Of a stretch of DNA of 64,000 nucleotides, positions 1 to 9,157 are shown piece by piece. Numbering within the stretch: the first letter of the stretch is position 1; every line of letters starts with the position of its first letter. Under the pieces are notes generated by a model. That model saw only the letters and a program-made list of their open reading frames with translations, was not told where the DNA came from and ran no database searches. The translations under genes and the position numbers were made by a program. This DNA is from Lachnospiraceae bacterium (GTDB lineage: Bacteria; Spirochaetota; Spirochaetia; Treponematales; Treponemataceae), in assembly GCA_963651875.1 (NCBI GenBank), contig CAVJSA010000001.1:26534-90533 (forward strand). Reading direction: 5' to 3'.

Positions 1-1125
1 CATCCTGTAAGGACTGCCACTATTTATACAAAAAACGAACATAAAATTCCTTTAGAAAAAATTGACCCGGACTGCCTGCGTGTCGTTACGCATTTAAAAG
101 ACTGCGGTTTTGACACATATATTGTAGGCGGAGCTGTAAGAGATTTACTGGCTCATAAAACTCCAAAAGATTTTGATGTCGTTACAAGCGCCACTCCAAG
201 CAAAATAAAGAAGCTTTTTAGAAATTCCCGCATAATCGGAAAAAGATTCCGCCTTGTTCATGTTTTTTTTGGCGATAAGATTTTTGAAGTTTCTACGTTC
301 CGTTCAATTGTTGACGGCAGTGTAGGAAACAGTTTTGGTTCGATTGAAGAAGATGTCCAGCGCCGGGATTTTTCTTTAAACGCTCTTTACTACGATCCAA
401 TCAAAGAACAGATAATCGACTATGTTGGTGGAGTTCAGGACATAAAAAATCATGTTTTGCGCCCAGTTATTCCAATGGACAGAATTTTTGAAGAAGATCC
501 AGTAAGAATGCTGCGTGCAGTAAAATATGGAGCAACCTGTAACTGCAAGATGAGTTTTGCCTTAAAACGCAAGATAAGAAAGAGTGCACACCTTCTTTTG
601 CCTGTAAGCCCAAGCCGCCTGACAGAAGAAATGCTTAAAATTTTAAATTCCGGGCACGCTTACGACATTGTGACAGCCTGCTTAAAAACTGACCTTTACA
701 TGTATTTGCAGCCGAACGCTACGAGCCTTATGTATCAGTCTAAGGAATTTGAAAAAAAATACATGCAAAATCTTAGCGAACTCGATAGTCTCGTGCAAAA
801 AGACAAAACTTTGCGCCTTGGTCAAAAGCTTGTATTTTTGATTACGGATTTTATTGATTCTCTTACTGACTGGAAAAAAGAAATCTCAACAAAAAGCGCA
901 ACTGGCGAGCTTTATTTAAAAACCTGGTCGCAGGTTCGCAATTTTGTTCTTCCAATCAATCCGCAGCGCACAGAACTTGAATATGCAATCCGTCTGGCAT
1001 TAAAAAATCTTGGAGTCGCAATAAAAATTCCAAAGGGTGCCTTTAAGGAACGCAAACCAAAAAAGATTCTGCTTGAAGAAACAGTTGTAGCAGAAGAAAA
1101 AACGCTTTCTGTTGCTGCAAATTAA
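1..1125 (+). CDS. pcnB: poly(A) polymerase (5' end outside window)
   Basis: Frame +1 is open from base 1. It contains YIVGGAVRDLL..KDFDV, the PAP-type signature IIGKRFRLVHV, RRDFSLNAL and EDPVRMLRAV. Confidence 0.85.
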   Translation, partial: HPVRTATIYTKNEHKIPLEKIDPDCLRVVTHLKDCGFDTYIVGGAVRDLLAHKTPKDFDVVTSATPSKIKKLFRNSRIIGKRFRLVHVFFGDKIFEVSTFRSIVDGSVGNSFGSIEEDVQRRDFSLNALYYDPIKEQIIDYVGGVQDIKNHVLRPVIPMDRIFEEDPVRMLRAVKYGATCNCKMSFALKRKIRKSAHLLLPVSPSRLTEEMLKILNSGHAYDIVTACLKTDLYMYLQPNATSLMYQSKEFEKKYMQNLSELDSLVQKDKTLRLGQKLVFLITDFIDSLTDWKKEISTKSATGELYLKTWSQVRNFVLPINPQRTELEYAIRLALKNLGVAIKIPKGAFKERKPKKILLEETVVAEEKTLSVAAN

Positions 1126-1155
1126 AACGATAAACTAAAACGACAAAATATTTTT

Positions 1156-2076
1156 TTAAGCTGATTTTGAATCCGGCATTAAAATGTGGTCAACGATAAT
1201 TGAAATGTCTTCCACAAAAATGCCGGTATCTTTTTCTATAGACTTGATTACATAATTTTTAAGGTTTTTGCTAAGCTCGGTAAGGGATTCTCCAAAAGGA
1301 ACATCAATCGTTATAAAAAATTTGTAGCCGGACTTGTCTGTCTTTATGTTTAAGTTTTTGAGGCGGATTATGCTGTTGAATTTTCCAATTGAAGCTGAAG
1401 CAAGTCGGGCAACATAAGCCTGCGAAATGCTTTTTCTTGAAGTGACAGAGAAAGCAGGGCGAACGACAGATTTTTCGAAAAGTTTTGTATTTACATCCGG
1501 TTGAGTTTTTTTATATTCATCTTTAAAAAAGTGCTTGAACAGTTTCTGTTTTGAAAGGCTTACCTTTATTTTAGAAACAAAAATCCGCGAATAGTTTCCG
1601 GCTTCCTTTACTTCGTAGGCACGAACTGGAATTACGTGTTTTCCTTCAATCTGGCGACTGATTCTTGCAGCTTCTATCTGTTCAGGAGTGGCAATATCTT
1701 CGATTTTTATATATTTTTCTGGAATCGGAAGCTGAAGACGCATGGCAATCTTGTTTACCATTTTTTCGCTTGTTCCGAGTAGAAGAATTTTCTTTAACTG
1801 TTTTTGTTGAATTGCCCGGGCTACGCTGTCGCGGTGTTCCTTGTCGTCAAAAAGGGCAACACGAACAGCTCCCATATAGCTGTCTTCAAGTTTTGCAGAA
1901 CGTCCAGCCAAAATATTGTCTTCGTAAATTAAAAGACCGTCGTCGATTATTGCTTTTATATGATATTTTTGAGCAACAAGTTTTGCCCTAAAACTCTTTC
2001 CTGTTCCAGACGGACCATAAAATGCGAAAACTTTGATTGCTTTTTGCTTTAATCCAAAAACTTCTCCAAAACTCAT
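1156..2076 (-). CDS. P-loop protein with Asp23/Gls24-like C-terminus
   Basis: GPSGTGKS Walker A; C-terminal ...IEKDTGIFVEDISIIV resembles the Asp23 family. Confidence 0.55.
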   Translation of the reverse strand: MSFGEVFGLKQKAIKVFAFYGPSGTGKSFRAKLVAQKYHIKAIIDDGLLIYEDNILAGRSAKLEDSYMGAVRVALFDDKEHRDSVARAIQQKQLKKILLLGTSEKMVNKIAMRLQLPIPEKYIKIEDIATPEQIEAARISRQIEGKHVIPVRAYEVKEAGNYSRIFVSKIKVSLSKQKLFKHFFKDEYKKTQPDVNTKLFEKSVVRPAFSVTSRKSISQAYVARLASASIGKFNSIIRLKNLNIKTDKSGYKFFITIDVPFGESLTELSKNLKNYVIKSIEKDTGIFVEDISIIVDHILMPDSKSA

Positions 2077-2083
2077 ACAAAAA

Positions 2084-3070
2084 TTATAATTCCTGAGGTA
2101 ATTTTATCAAGCACGTATCTAAAATTGAAACAAAATTTTCTCCAAGAGGACAGATTATTTTTTGCGGTATGCCAAGAGAATTTTCCGGGAGAATTAAAGT
2201 CCAGGCGTGTAAAAAAAGTGTCTGCTTTTCGTTTATTTTTTGTGCTCCGTAGGCAGTGTCTCCTAAAAGTGGATGTCCATGAAAAGCACTTGAAGCCCTG
2301 ATCTGATGAGTTCGGCCGGTTTTTATATTGAATTTTACAAGCGTTACACTTTTTTTTAAGTAAGTTCCGTGCGCTAAAGGAATTGCCTGAGTTATGCTTT
2401 CTTTTGAATTTTCGTCATTTGAATTTACTTTTACTGTATGAAAAGTCTTTATTTTTTGACTCTCATCTTCTTTTAAAATTTTATCTGTCCACAATTGAGG
2501 TTTTTCGAGAGTGCCTTCTACGAGAGCAAGATAGTTTTTTTGAATTTTGTGTTCGCGTACAATTTGAGAAAACCACTGTGCGCCTTTTAAATCTTGGCTG
2601 AATGCAATGATTCCAGTAGTTTTTTTGTCGAGCCGGTGAAGCGGGCCTGTTTTAAAAGAAAGGCTTGTTTTTTTTGAATTAAAAAAATCGTAATCCTTTT
2701 GAACAAGTTCATTTAAGGAAGTTTCACCAGCATGGGATTTTTGAACACTTAAATCATAAGGTTTGTTTATAAAGACAAGACTTTGATTTTTAAAGATTAT
2801 CCATTCGACAGGCAAAGGAGAAGCTTCGTTTGCTTTTTCTTCTTTTTTGTGGAAATCACTTTTTAACGTAAGAAAATCTGCAATGCAAATGTCATCGCCA
2901 GAAGTGATTCTGTATTCGCCCTTTTGTTTTTTGCCGTTTACTTTTATTAAACCGCTTCGAATAGCCTTGTAAAGCCCGGAAAGATTTTCTTCAGAGAGCA
3001 GGTTACGTACAATTTTGTCTAATCTTCTGCCGTTATCATCTTTACCGGCAGAAAAATGTATAAATTCCAT
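2084..3070 (-). CDS. RluA-family 23S rRNA pseudouridine synthase (RluC-like, S4 domain)
   Basis: GRRLDK S4-like N-terminus, catalytic HRLD, TGRTHQIR, LLGDTAYG, FLHAW. Confidence 0.9.
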   Translation of the reverse strand: MEFIHFSAGKDDNGRRLDKIVRNLLSEENLSGLYKAIRSGLIKVNGKKQKGEYRITSGDDICIADFLTLKSDFHKKEEKANEASPLPVEWIIFKNQSLVFINKPYDLSVQKSHAGETSLNELVQKDYDFFNSKKTSLSFKTGPLHRLDKKTTGIIAFSQDLKGAQWFSQIVREHKIQKNYLALVEGTLEKPQLWTDKILKEDESQKIKTFHTVKVNSNDENSKESITQAIPLAHGTYLKKSVTLVKFNIKTGRTHQIRASSAFHGHPLLGDTAYGAQKINEKQTLFLHAWTLILPENSLGIPQKIICPLGENFVSILDTCLIKLPQEL

Positions 3071-3124
3071 AAAGGAGCATTATACCACCTAGACAAAAAA
3101 ACGTATACGAATAAAATATTGCGT

Positions 3125-3607
3125 ATGTTTAAAGTTTTATGGGAACAGATTTCTTCTCTTATTTCTTCGCCAACTTTTTTAGCCTGCGTTTTCAGCTGGT
3201 TTCTGGCTCAATTCTTAAAAACACTCATAAAACTCTTTGGTGGAAAAATTCACAGCGTAAAAGAACTTATTGAACTTTTAATCTGGCGTACCGGCGGAAT
3301 GCCTTCGAGCCACAGTGCTTTGGTTGCCTGCCTTTGTACCTGCGTCGGAATAAAATCCGGAATAAACTCTGACGTTTTTGTTCTTGCATTCTGCTTTTTT
3401 ATGGTTACAGTCCGCGATGCTGTCGGAGTAAGAAGGGCAAACGGAATCCAGGCAAACATGATTAACAGAATTGGTAACCTGTTAAAAGATCAGGGGCTGG
3501 TTCAGGAATATAAAAACCTTAAGGAAGTTCAGGGGCACAGCCCGATGGAAGTAATCATTGGTTCAATTCTTGGTTTTTTTGTCGGCATCGGTTTTCTTGT
3601 TTTATAG
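3125..3607 (+). CDS. divergent PAP2 family (DUF212) membrane protein
   Basis: TGGMPSSHSA, DAVGVRR and GHSPMEV motifs; start placed at ATG 3125. Confidence 0.85.
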   Translation: MFKVLWEQISSLISSPTFLACVFSWFLAQFLKTLIKLFGGKIHSVKELIELLIWRTGGMPSSHSALVACLCTCVGIKSGINSDVFVLAFCFFMVTVRDAVGVRRANGIQANMINRIGNLLKDQGLVQEYKNLKEVQGHSPMEVIIGSILGFFVGIGFLVL

Positions 3608-3613
3608 ACTGCA

Positions 3614-5029
3614 ATGAAGTATTCAAAAAAACTCATTTTCTCCGCCCTTATTTTTCTTATTTCTGTTCTTGCGTCGTTTTGCTTTCATACTGTTCCAGAA
3701 AGTCAGTTATGGAAAGGTTATAAAATTCTTTATGTAAAATCAGAAAAACTTTCAGAAGAAAATATTTATTCAATCCTGTTAAAAAATAAATGCACTGATG
3801 TTGTAAGCCGGGTAAATCAGAAAATTCCGATTTCTTCAAAAATGGCGCCAGTTCAGGTTCAGGGCAAAACTTCTTATCTTTTTACACGCGACAATTTTTT
3901 TACAGACAAATCAAAAGAATTTTTTGTCTTTTATGTTCCAGATAAAAACACTCAAAATTTAGCAGATTCCGTTTTAGAAATAAAAGGCTATCCACAGACG
4001 ACGGTTTCTACCGACAGTGGAAGTGTTTTTCCGTGGATTTGTCCGGTTGTAGCCATTATTTTTGCAGGAATCTTAATTTACTTAGCAGGCAAAAAACTAA
4101 ATCTTATTCTTGTCTTTATTCCGCTTATTTTATTGAGCCTTTGCCGGCCGTGGTATACGGTTTGTGCTGCGATTTGTCCAGCGCTCTTTGCAGATTATCT
4201 TTTACTAAAGATTTATAAACGAAAGGGACTTTTTAACGATTTTACAAACGGAATTTTTATTCTTCCGCTTGTAGTTTTGCCTCTGCTGGTTCTCTTTTTT
4301 TCTTCTCCTTTAAGCGCGTTTTTATTTGCCCTTAATTTTTGTGGTGGCTGGGCTTTATTAAGACTTTACGAAGAGGTTTATTCTCTTATTTTTTTGAATT
4401 CAACTGACACAAAATTCAATTTTGTATATATAAAAAATTCTTCTGCAGTAAAAACCGTAAACAAAAAAACCGTAATTCTGCTTGCTTCTGTTTTTGCCTG
4501 CACGCTAATTCTTTTTGCTTTTTCTTCTGTTTTTAGAGGGATTTCTGCTCCGACAGATTCTTCTGTGCGTCCGTTTCTTCCAGGTCCATTAACTCAAAAA
4601 ACAAATTCAACTGACTCATTGCCTGATTTGAATGATTTTATGGACTGGAGCTGGCAGACAGTTTCTTTTCCTTTTAAAAAATTGAATTCTAACAATAACG
4701 AAAAAAAAGACCTGTTTGGCGAAACTGTTTTTATTCCCGAATACAAAAAAAATGCAGACGGTCTTATTTATAAAAACTCAACAAAGGTTTTAAGCTATGA
4801 TTCTTCCTTTGTGCGCTCAATTTATGATAAACTTGAAGAAAATGATTATCCTTCACTAGAAAAGCTTATGCTTTCGCAGGGTAAAAATACAACTTACGGA
4901 TATACAAAAAATACAGGAACAAGTTCAGAAAAAGCGGTTTCTTTTGTTTTAATATTTTTAGCCGCAATTCCTTTAACTTTATGCCTGTATTTTATTGCGA
5001 GTAACATAAAAAATGAGACCTATATATAG
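3614..5029 (+). CDS. multi-pass membrane protein, unknown function
   Basis: 471-aa ORF with several hydrophobic segments, tightly coupled to neighbouring genes. Confidence 0.7.
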   Translation: MKYSKKLIFSALIFLISVLASFCFHTVPESQLWKGYKILYVKSEKLSEENIYSILLKNKCTDVVSRVNQKIPISSKMAPVQVQGKTSYLFTRDNFFTDKSKEFFVFYVPDKNTQNLADSVLEIKGYPQTTVSTDSGSVFPWICPVVAIIFAGILIYLAGKKLNLILVFIPLILLSLCRPWYTVCAAICPALFADYLLLKIYKRKGLFNDFTNGIFILPLVVLPLLVLFFSSPLSAFLFALNFCGGWALLRLYEEVYSLIFLNSTDTKFNFVYIKNSSAVKTVNKKTVILLASVFACTLILFAFSSVFRGISAPTDSSVRPFLPGPLTQKTNSTDSLPDLNDFMDWSWQTVSFPFKKLNSNNNEKKDLFGETVFIPEYKKNADGLIYKNSTKVLSYDSSFVRSIYDKLEENDYPSLEKLMLSQGKNTTYGYTKNTGTSSEKAVSFVLIFLAAIPLTLCLYFIASNIKNETYI

Positions 5030-6305
5030 TTTTCTTTCTGAAGATGCTGGACTGATTACAAAAACTGTAAGCGGTTTTATTCCTTCAACAGCCTTTGTTC
5101 CTCTAAAAAAAATCGGGCAGGACGAAGTTGAAATTTTAGTAAAAAGCGGAGACTCTGTAAAAGAAGGGCAGGTTATTGCGCGTGCCACAGATTACTGCGT
5201 TCATTCGTCGATTCCGGGAACTGTAGAAAATATTGTTCATTGTGAATTTGCAGACGGAAGCGAAGGCTATGCTGCAAAAATAAATCTTGGTGGAACTTTT
5301 TCTTTTACAGGAAAAAAACTTCTTGAACTTGATTGGAAAGACAAGGACAGTTCTACAATCTGTTTTTTATTAAAAGAAAACGGCGTTGTAAATACTTTTT
5401 CTAAGCGACAGCCTTTAAACAGACAAATCCAGAATCTTGATAAAACAAGGCAGAGACTGCTTGCCGTAAGACTTTATTCAGAAGATCCGAGTCGCATTAC
5501 TGACGGCTTTGTAACTGAACATTATTTTGAAAAAATAAAAACAGGTTCTGCGATTGTTGCAAAGGCAATGAATGCAGCAGGAATTCTTTTTGCAAGAGAC
5601 GTAAATCAAAAAAATCTCGATTTTTCGATTGCAGACTCTAAAATTCCTGTAAGTGATATTGAAATTGATTCAAAAGGCTATCCGAACGGTTTTATTCATG
5701 AAATTTCAAGCAAAGCAAAATCTTTATTAAAAAATACACCTTTTGCAAATGCAGGAATCAGGGATTTATACATCGACAGCGTAACCGCCTTAAACGTTTA
5801 TAATGCAGTTGTCTTAAATAAAAGTCAGATAACGGCAAATGTTCATGTAAGTGGCGACTGCCTTAATGCAGCCTGCGTAATTGAAGTAAAAACAGGAACT
5901 ACACTCGGAGAACTCGCAAAACAGTCGGGCGGATTTAAAAGGCCTGTCGGAAAAATCATTATTAACGGAAAACTCACTGGAAATTCTGTTGCCGCAATGG
6001 ATATTCCTGTTTCTAAAGGAGTAAAGTCAGTTGCTTTTATTCCCTTTAATCAGTTACCGGATCAAAAAGAGCAGAACTGCATTCGCTGCGGAAACTGTCT
6101 TAAAATCTGTCCGTTAAACCTTTACCCGGAAAGTCTTTTTAGATGTTACAAAAACAGGGATTTTAAAGATTCTTCGTTAGAACTTATTCAAAAAACTGCC
6201 GTACTTTGCACAGAATGTTCTCTTTGTAATTCTGTCTGCCCAGCAAGATTGCCTTTAAGCCAGACAATTGCAAAACTAAAAAAAGGAAACTTTGATGAAA
6301 AATAA
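5013..6305 (+). CDS. rnfC: RnfC/RsxC-like electron transport subunit (divergent)
   Basis: VKSGDSVKEGQVIA..VHSSIPGTV N-terminus, SLBB-like region, two CxxCxxCxxxCP motifs. Confidence 0.75.
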   Translation: MRPIYSFLSEDAGLITKTVSGFIPSTAFVPLKKIGQDEVEILVKSGDSVKEGQVIARATDYCVHSSIPGTVENIVHCEFADGSEGYAAKINLGGTFSFTGKKLLELDWKDKDSSTICFLLKENGVVNTFSKRQPLNRQIQNLDKTRQRLLAVRLYSEDPSRITDGFVTEHYFEKIKTGSAIVAKAMNAAGILFARDVNQKNLDFSIADSKIPVSDIEIDSKGYPNGFIHEISSKAKSLLKNTPFANAGIRDLYIDSVTALNVYNAVVLNKSQITANVHVSGDCLNAACVIEVKTGTTLGELAKQSGGFKRPVGKIIINGKLTGNSVAAMDIPVSKGVKSVAFIPFNQLPDQKEQNCIRCGNCLKICPLNLYPESLFRCYKNRDFKDSSLELIQKTAVLCTECSLCNSVCPARLPLSQTIAKLKKGNFDEK

Positions 6306-7353
6306 AATATCAATAACGTTAAAACCTTTTACTTTTTTATTTTCTTCTTCAAAAACAAATTCTCTTTTTATATTGTTTTTTTTATCGCCACAGATTTTTA
6401 TGCTGTTTTTAACAAAAAGCTGGTCAAACCTGCTTATTATTTTATTAACTACGATTGCAGGTCTTGGGGCAGAATTTTTTGAAAAACTCTATAAAAAAGA
6501 CAAAACTGAATATCACTTTATTCTTGCAATAATCCAGGGATTATTGACCGGGCTTTTTTTGCCGGCTTCTTATCCGCTGGTTTCTGCATTTTTTATTACT
6601 TTTTTTGTAACTATAACCGCCCGCTTTTTTATAGGAGGCTTTGCAGACAACTGGATAAATATTCCCTGCCTTGCAGTCTGTGTCTGCTGGCTTACAGGAG
6701 CAGCTTTTTTTCCAGATTATCAGATTACGCATGAAATTCTCCTTTCTAAAAATCCAGCTCTTTCTTTAATTCAAAATGGAACTTTTCCAATGAATGCCCT
6801 CGACAGCAGAATTACAGCTTCCTTAAACAGAACTGTTTTTTCTTTTTTTGGTGTTTCGATTCCTGACGGATATATTTCTCTTTTTTGGGATTCTTCTTCA
6901 GTTATTCCGGCATTCCGCTTTAACTTTATAACACTTGTAACATCAATAATTTTAATTTCTCTCGATGTTATAAAAGCTTTTATTCCAGCAGTTTTTGTCT
7001 TAGTTTATTCACTTTTAATTTACTTTGTTTCTCCTTATTTTTACGACTCAACAATACACGGCGACCTGCTTTTAGGACTGTGCACGAGTGGACTTTTGAC
7101 TGCAACCTTATTTTTGCTTCAGTTTGCAGGGACAACGCCACTGACTTTAACAGGCAAACTTGTTTATGCCATACTTGCAGGAATTTCTGCCTTTTTAATA
7201 ATTGGAGCAGGGACTTCGCCGGCAGGTGCTGTTTTTACGATTTTATGCATGAACGTTATAAGCCTTTTTATTCAGCATATTGAACATATTGTAGAATTAC
7301 ACAGAACTAAAACTCTTCTTTATGCGCGCATAAAAGAAATGGAAGAAGCTTAA
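6295..7353 (+). CDS. rnfD: RnfD/NqrB-like membrane subunit (divergent)
   Basis: GGFADNWIN, TTPLTLTGKLVYAILAG and ILCMN motifs; follows rnfC. Confidence 0.75.
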   Translation: MKNKISITLKPFTFLFSSSKTNSLFILFFLSPQIFMLFLTKSWSNLLIILLTTIAGLGAEFFEKLYKKDKTEYHFILAIIQGLLTGLFLPASYPLVSAFFITFFVTITARFFIGGFADNWINIPCLAVCVCWLTGAAFFPDYQITHEILLSKNPALSLIQNGTFPMNALDSRITASLNRTVFSFFGVSIPDGYISLFWDSSSVIPAFRFNFITLVTSIILISLDVIKAFIPAVFVLVYSLLIYFVSPYFYDSTIHGDLLLGLCTSGLLTATLFLLQFAGTTPLTLTGKLVYAILAGISAFLIIGAGTSPAGAVFTILCMNVISLFIQHIEHIVELHRTKTLLYARIKEMEEA

Positions 7354-7423
7354 TTTTGAGTAACTGATTTTTTATAGTTTTTTAACTTTTGACTTTTGAT
7401 TAAATGATTTTTTGGAGGAATAA

Positions 7424-7900
7424 ATGCTTAGCGAAAAGAATAAAACGCTCTTAATAAAATTCGGAATTCTTTTTGGAGCATTTGTCGTTGTGTCAGCAAT
7501 TCTTGTCAGCATGAGTTTTTTGAGCAGAGGATTTAAAAAATCTGCCTTAAAAGCAAATGTTGAACAGACTTTAGAAAATTATGCGCCAGGAGAATACAAA
7601 CTAGGCAATTATGTTGAATTAAAATCGCAGATTTCAAACGATTCTGCTGTTTTTGAATGTTCTACATCTAAAAAAAATTCAACTAAGCTTTATGCAATAA
7701 TTTTAAGAATTTCGACACTTGCAGGCTCAACGCCAGCCGTTTTTATATGTTCACAATATTCCTGCGACTTTGCAGGTTTTGCCATAGAAAATGGAAAAGT
7801 GAGCAAACTTTTAAATCCGGATTTTAAGGAAATTCATATTGACTACTGGCAGAACGCTCTTCCTAAAATTTTAATGAATGCGGGGCTTTTTAATGACTAA
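7424..7900 (+). CDS. membrane-anchored protein in the RnfG position
   Basis: N-terminal TM helix, position between rnfD-like and rnfE-like genes, GGAGG RBS. No TGAT flavinylation motif seen. Confidence 0.45.
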   Translation: MLSEKNKTLLIKFGILFGAFVVVSAILVSMSFLSRGFKKSALKANVEQTLENYAPGEYKLGNYVELKSQISNDSAVFECSTSKKNSTKLYAIILRISTLAGSTPAVFICSQYSCDFAGFAIENGKVSKLLNPDFKEIHIDYWQNALPKILMNAGLFND

Positions 7901-8489
7901 TTGCAATAAACAAATTACATTTTTATGTACTTCTCTTGCTCTTCTTCTTCCGTTTCCAGGAAGAATTGCCTTTGGAATTTTTGCCCTAGTTCATTTTAAT
8001 GTCTGTGTTATTCTTTTAACTCTTATTCTGCATGCGATAAAAAAATTAGGCTTTGAAAAAATCCGCCTGGGAATCTGTGCAATGGAATTAGTTGCACTTA
8101 CAATTTTGTACAAACAACTTATTGCAATTTTATGTCCGATAGCCTCTCTTACCCTCGGATTTTCGCTTTATTTAAGCGCAGCTTCTAGCGTTAGTGTTGT
8201 TTTATTGAATTTTCATAATAAAAATTCAATAAAAGCAGATTGTCTTGAAAAATTCACAAATGCAGTTTATATCTCTGCATTTGTGCTTATAATCTATGTT
8301 CTCCGGGACATTTTAGGTTTTGGAACAGTTTCTTTACCTGCCTGGAAGAATCTTTTTATCGTAAAAATTCCTGTATTATTAAATCAAACTTCGTTTACAG
8401 ACTTTTTTGCAACAATTCCGGGTTGTATGCTTTTAATAACTCTTGTTTTTTTTGCTTATACAAAGCTTTTGGGAGAAAAAAATGCTTAA
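7893..8489 (+). CDS. RnfE-like membrane subunit
   Basis: LRDILGFGT and FFATIPG resemble RnfE (REILG.G, PPG.F); hydrophobic. Confidence 0.6.
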   Translation: MTNCNKQITFLCTSLALLLPFPGRIAFGIFALVHFNVCVILLTLILHAIKKLGFEKIRLGICAMELVALTILYKQLIAILCPIASLTLGFSLYLSAASSVSVVLLNFHNKNSIKADCLEKFTNAVYISAFVLIIYVLRDILGFGTVSLPAWKNLFIVKIPVLLNQTSFTDFFATIPGCMLLITLVFFAYTKLLGEKNA

Positions 8490-9039
8490 AATTATTTTCT
8501 TTTATCTTTTTTCAGGCTCTCTAGTTTTGTTTTACGGACTTGGTTTAGACCAGGAACTGACATTAAAGAAAAACGTTTTAAGTTGGCTAAAAAACATTTT
8601 AAAAACGCTTTTACTTACGGTTTCGACAACTTCTCTAACATATTTTTTTAACAAATTTGTTTTATTAAGCCTTGGAGTAGAAGAAATACTTCCGTTTATT
8701 ATGGCTCTCTTTTTTGCAGGAATAACTTTTGGACTAAAACTAATCTTTAAATCAAATTATTTTTCGCTTTCTGAAGAATTTATAATTCCTTTTTTAATTA
8801 TTTTAGTCAGTTTAAGCGAAGGATTTTCGTTCTTGAGCACAATTTTAGTCTGTGTCTGCTGTGTTTTTTCTTTTTATCTTTTTATGATTTTAGTTTTTTC
8901 AATCAGAAAAAGATTTTCGTTGTACCAGAAAGATTCAGGCTTAAAACCTTTTTATATTTTACTTTTAAGTCTTGCCGCTGTTTTTGTTGCAATATATGGA
9001 TTTAATTCTTCGTGGCTGATGCTCGGATTAAAATCATAA
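8482..9039 (+). CDS. RnfA-like membrane subunit
   Basis: Hydrophobic ~185 aa; VLFYGLG and FSIRKR motifs; position after the rnfE-like gene; GGAGA RBS. Confidence 0.5.
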   Translation: MLKIIFFYLFSGSLVLFYGLGLDQELTLKKNVLSWLKNILKTLLLTVSTTSLTYFFNKFVLLSLGVEEILPFIMALFFAGITFGLKLIFKSNYFSLSEEFIIPFLIILVSLSEGFSFLSTILVCVCCVFSFYLFMILVFSIRKRFSLYQKDSGLKPFYILLLSLAAVFVAIYGFNSSWLMLGLKS

Positions 9040-9157
9040 AAGAAAAATAAAAGTTTTTATAAAAAATATCCGGCATTTTTAAAACCTGCGTTTTTGCTAT
9101 TTCATTTTTTACTGTTTTTGATGTAGACTGTTAGAACGCTTTTTTTAGTATAAGGGG

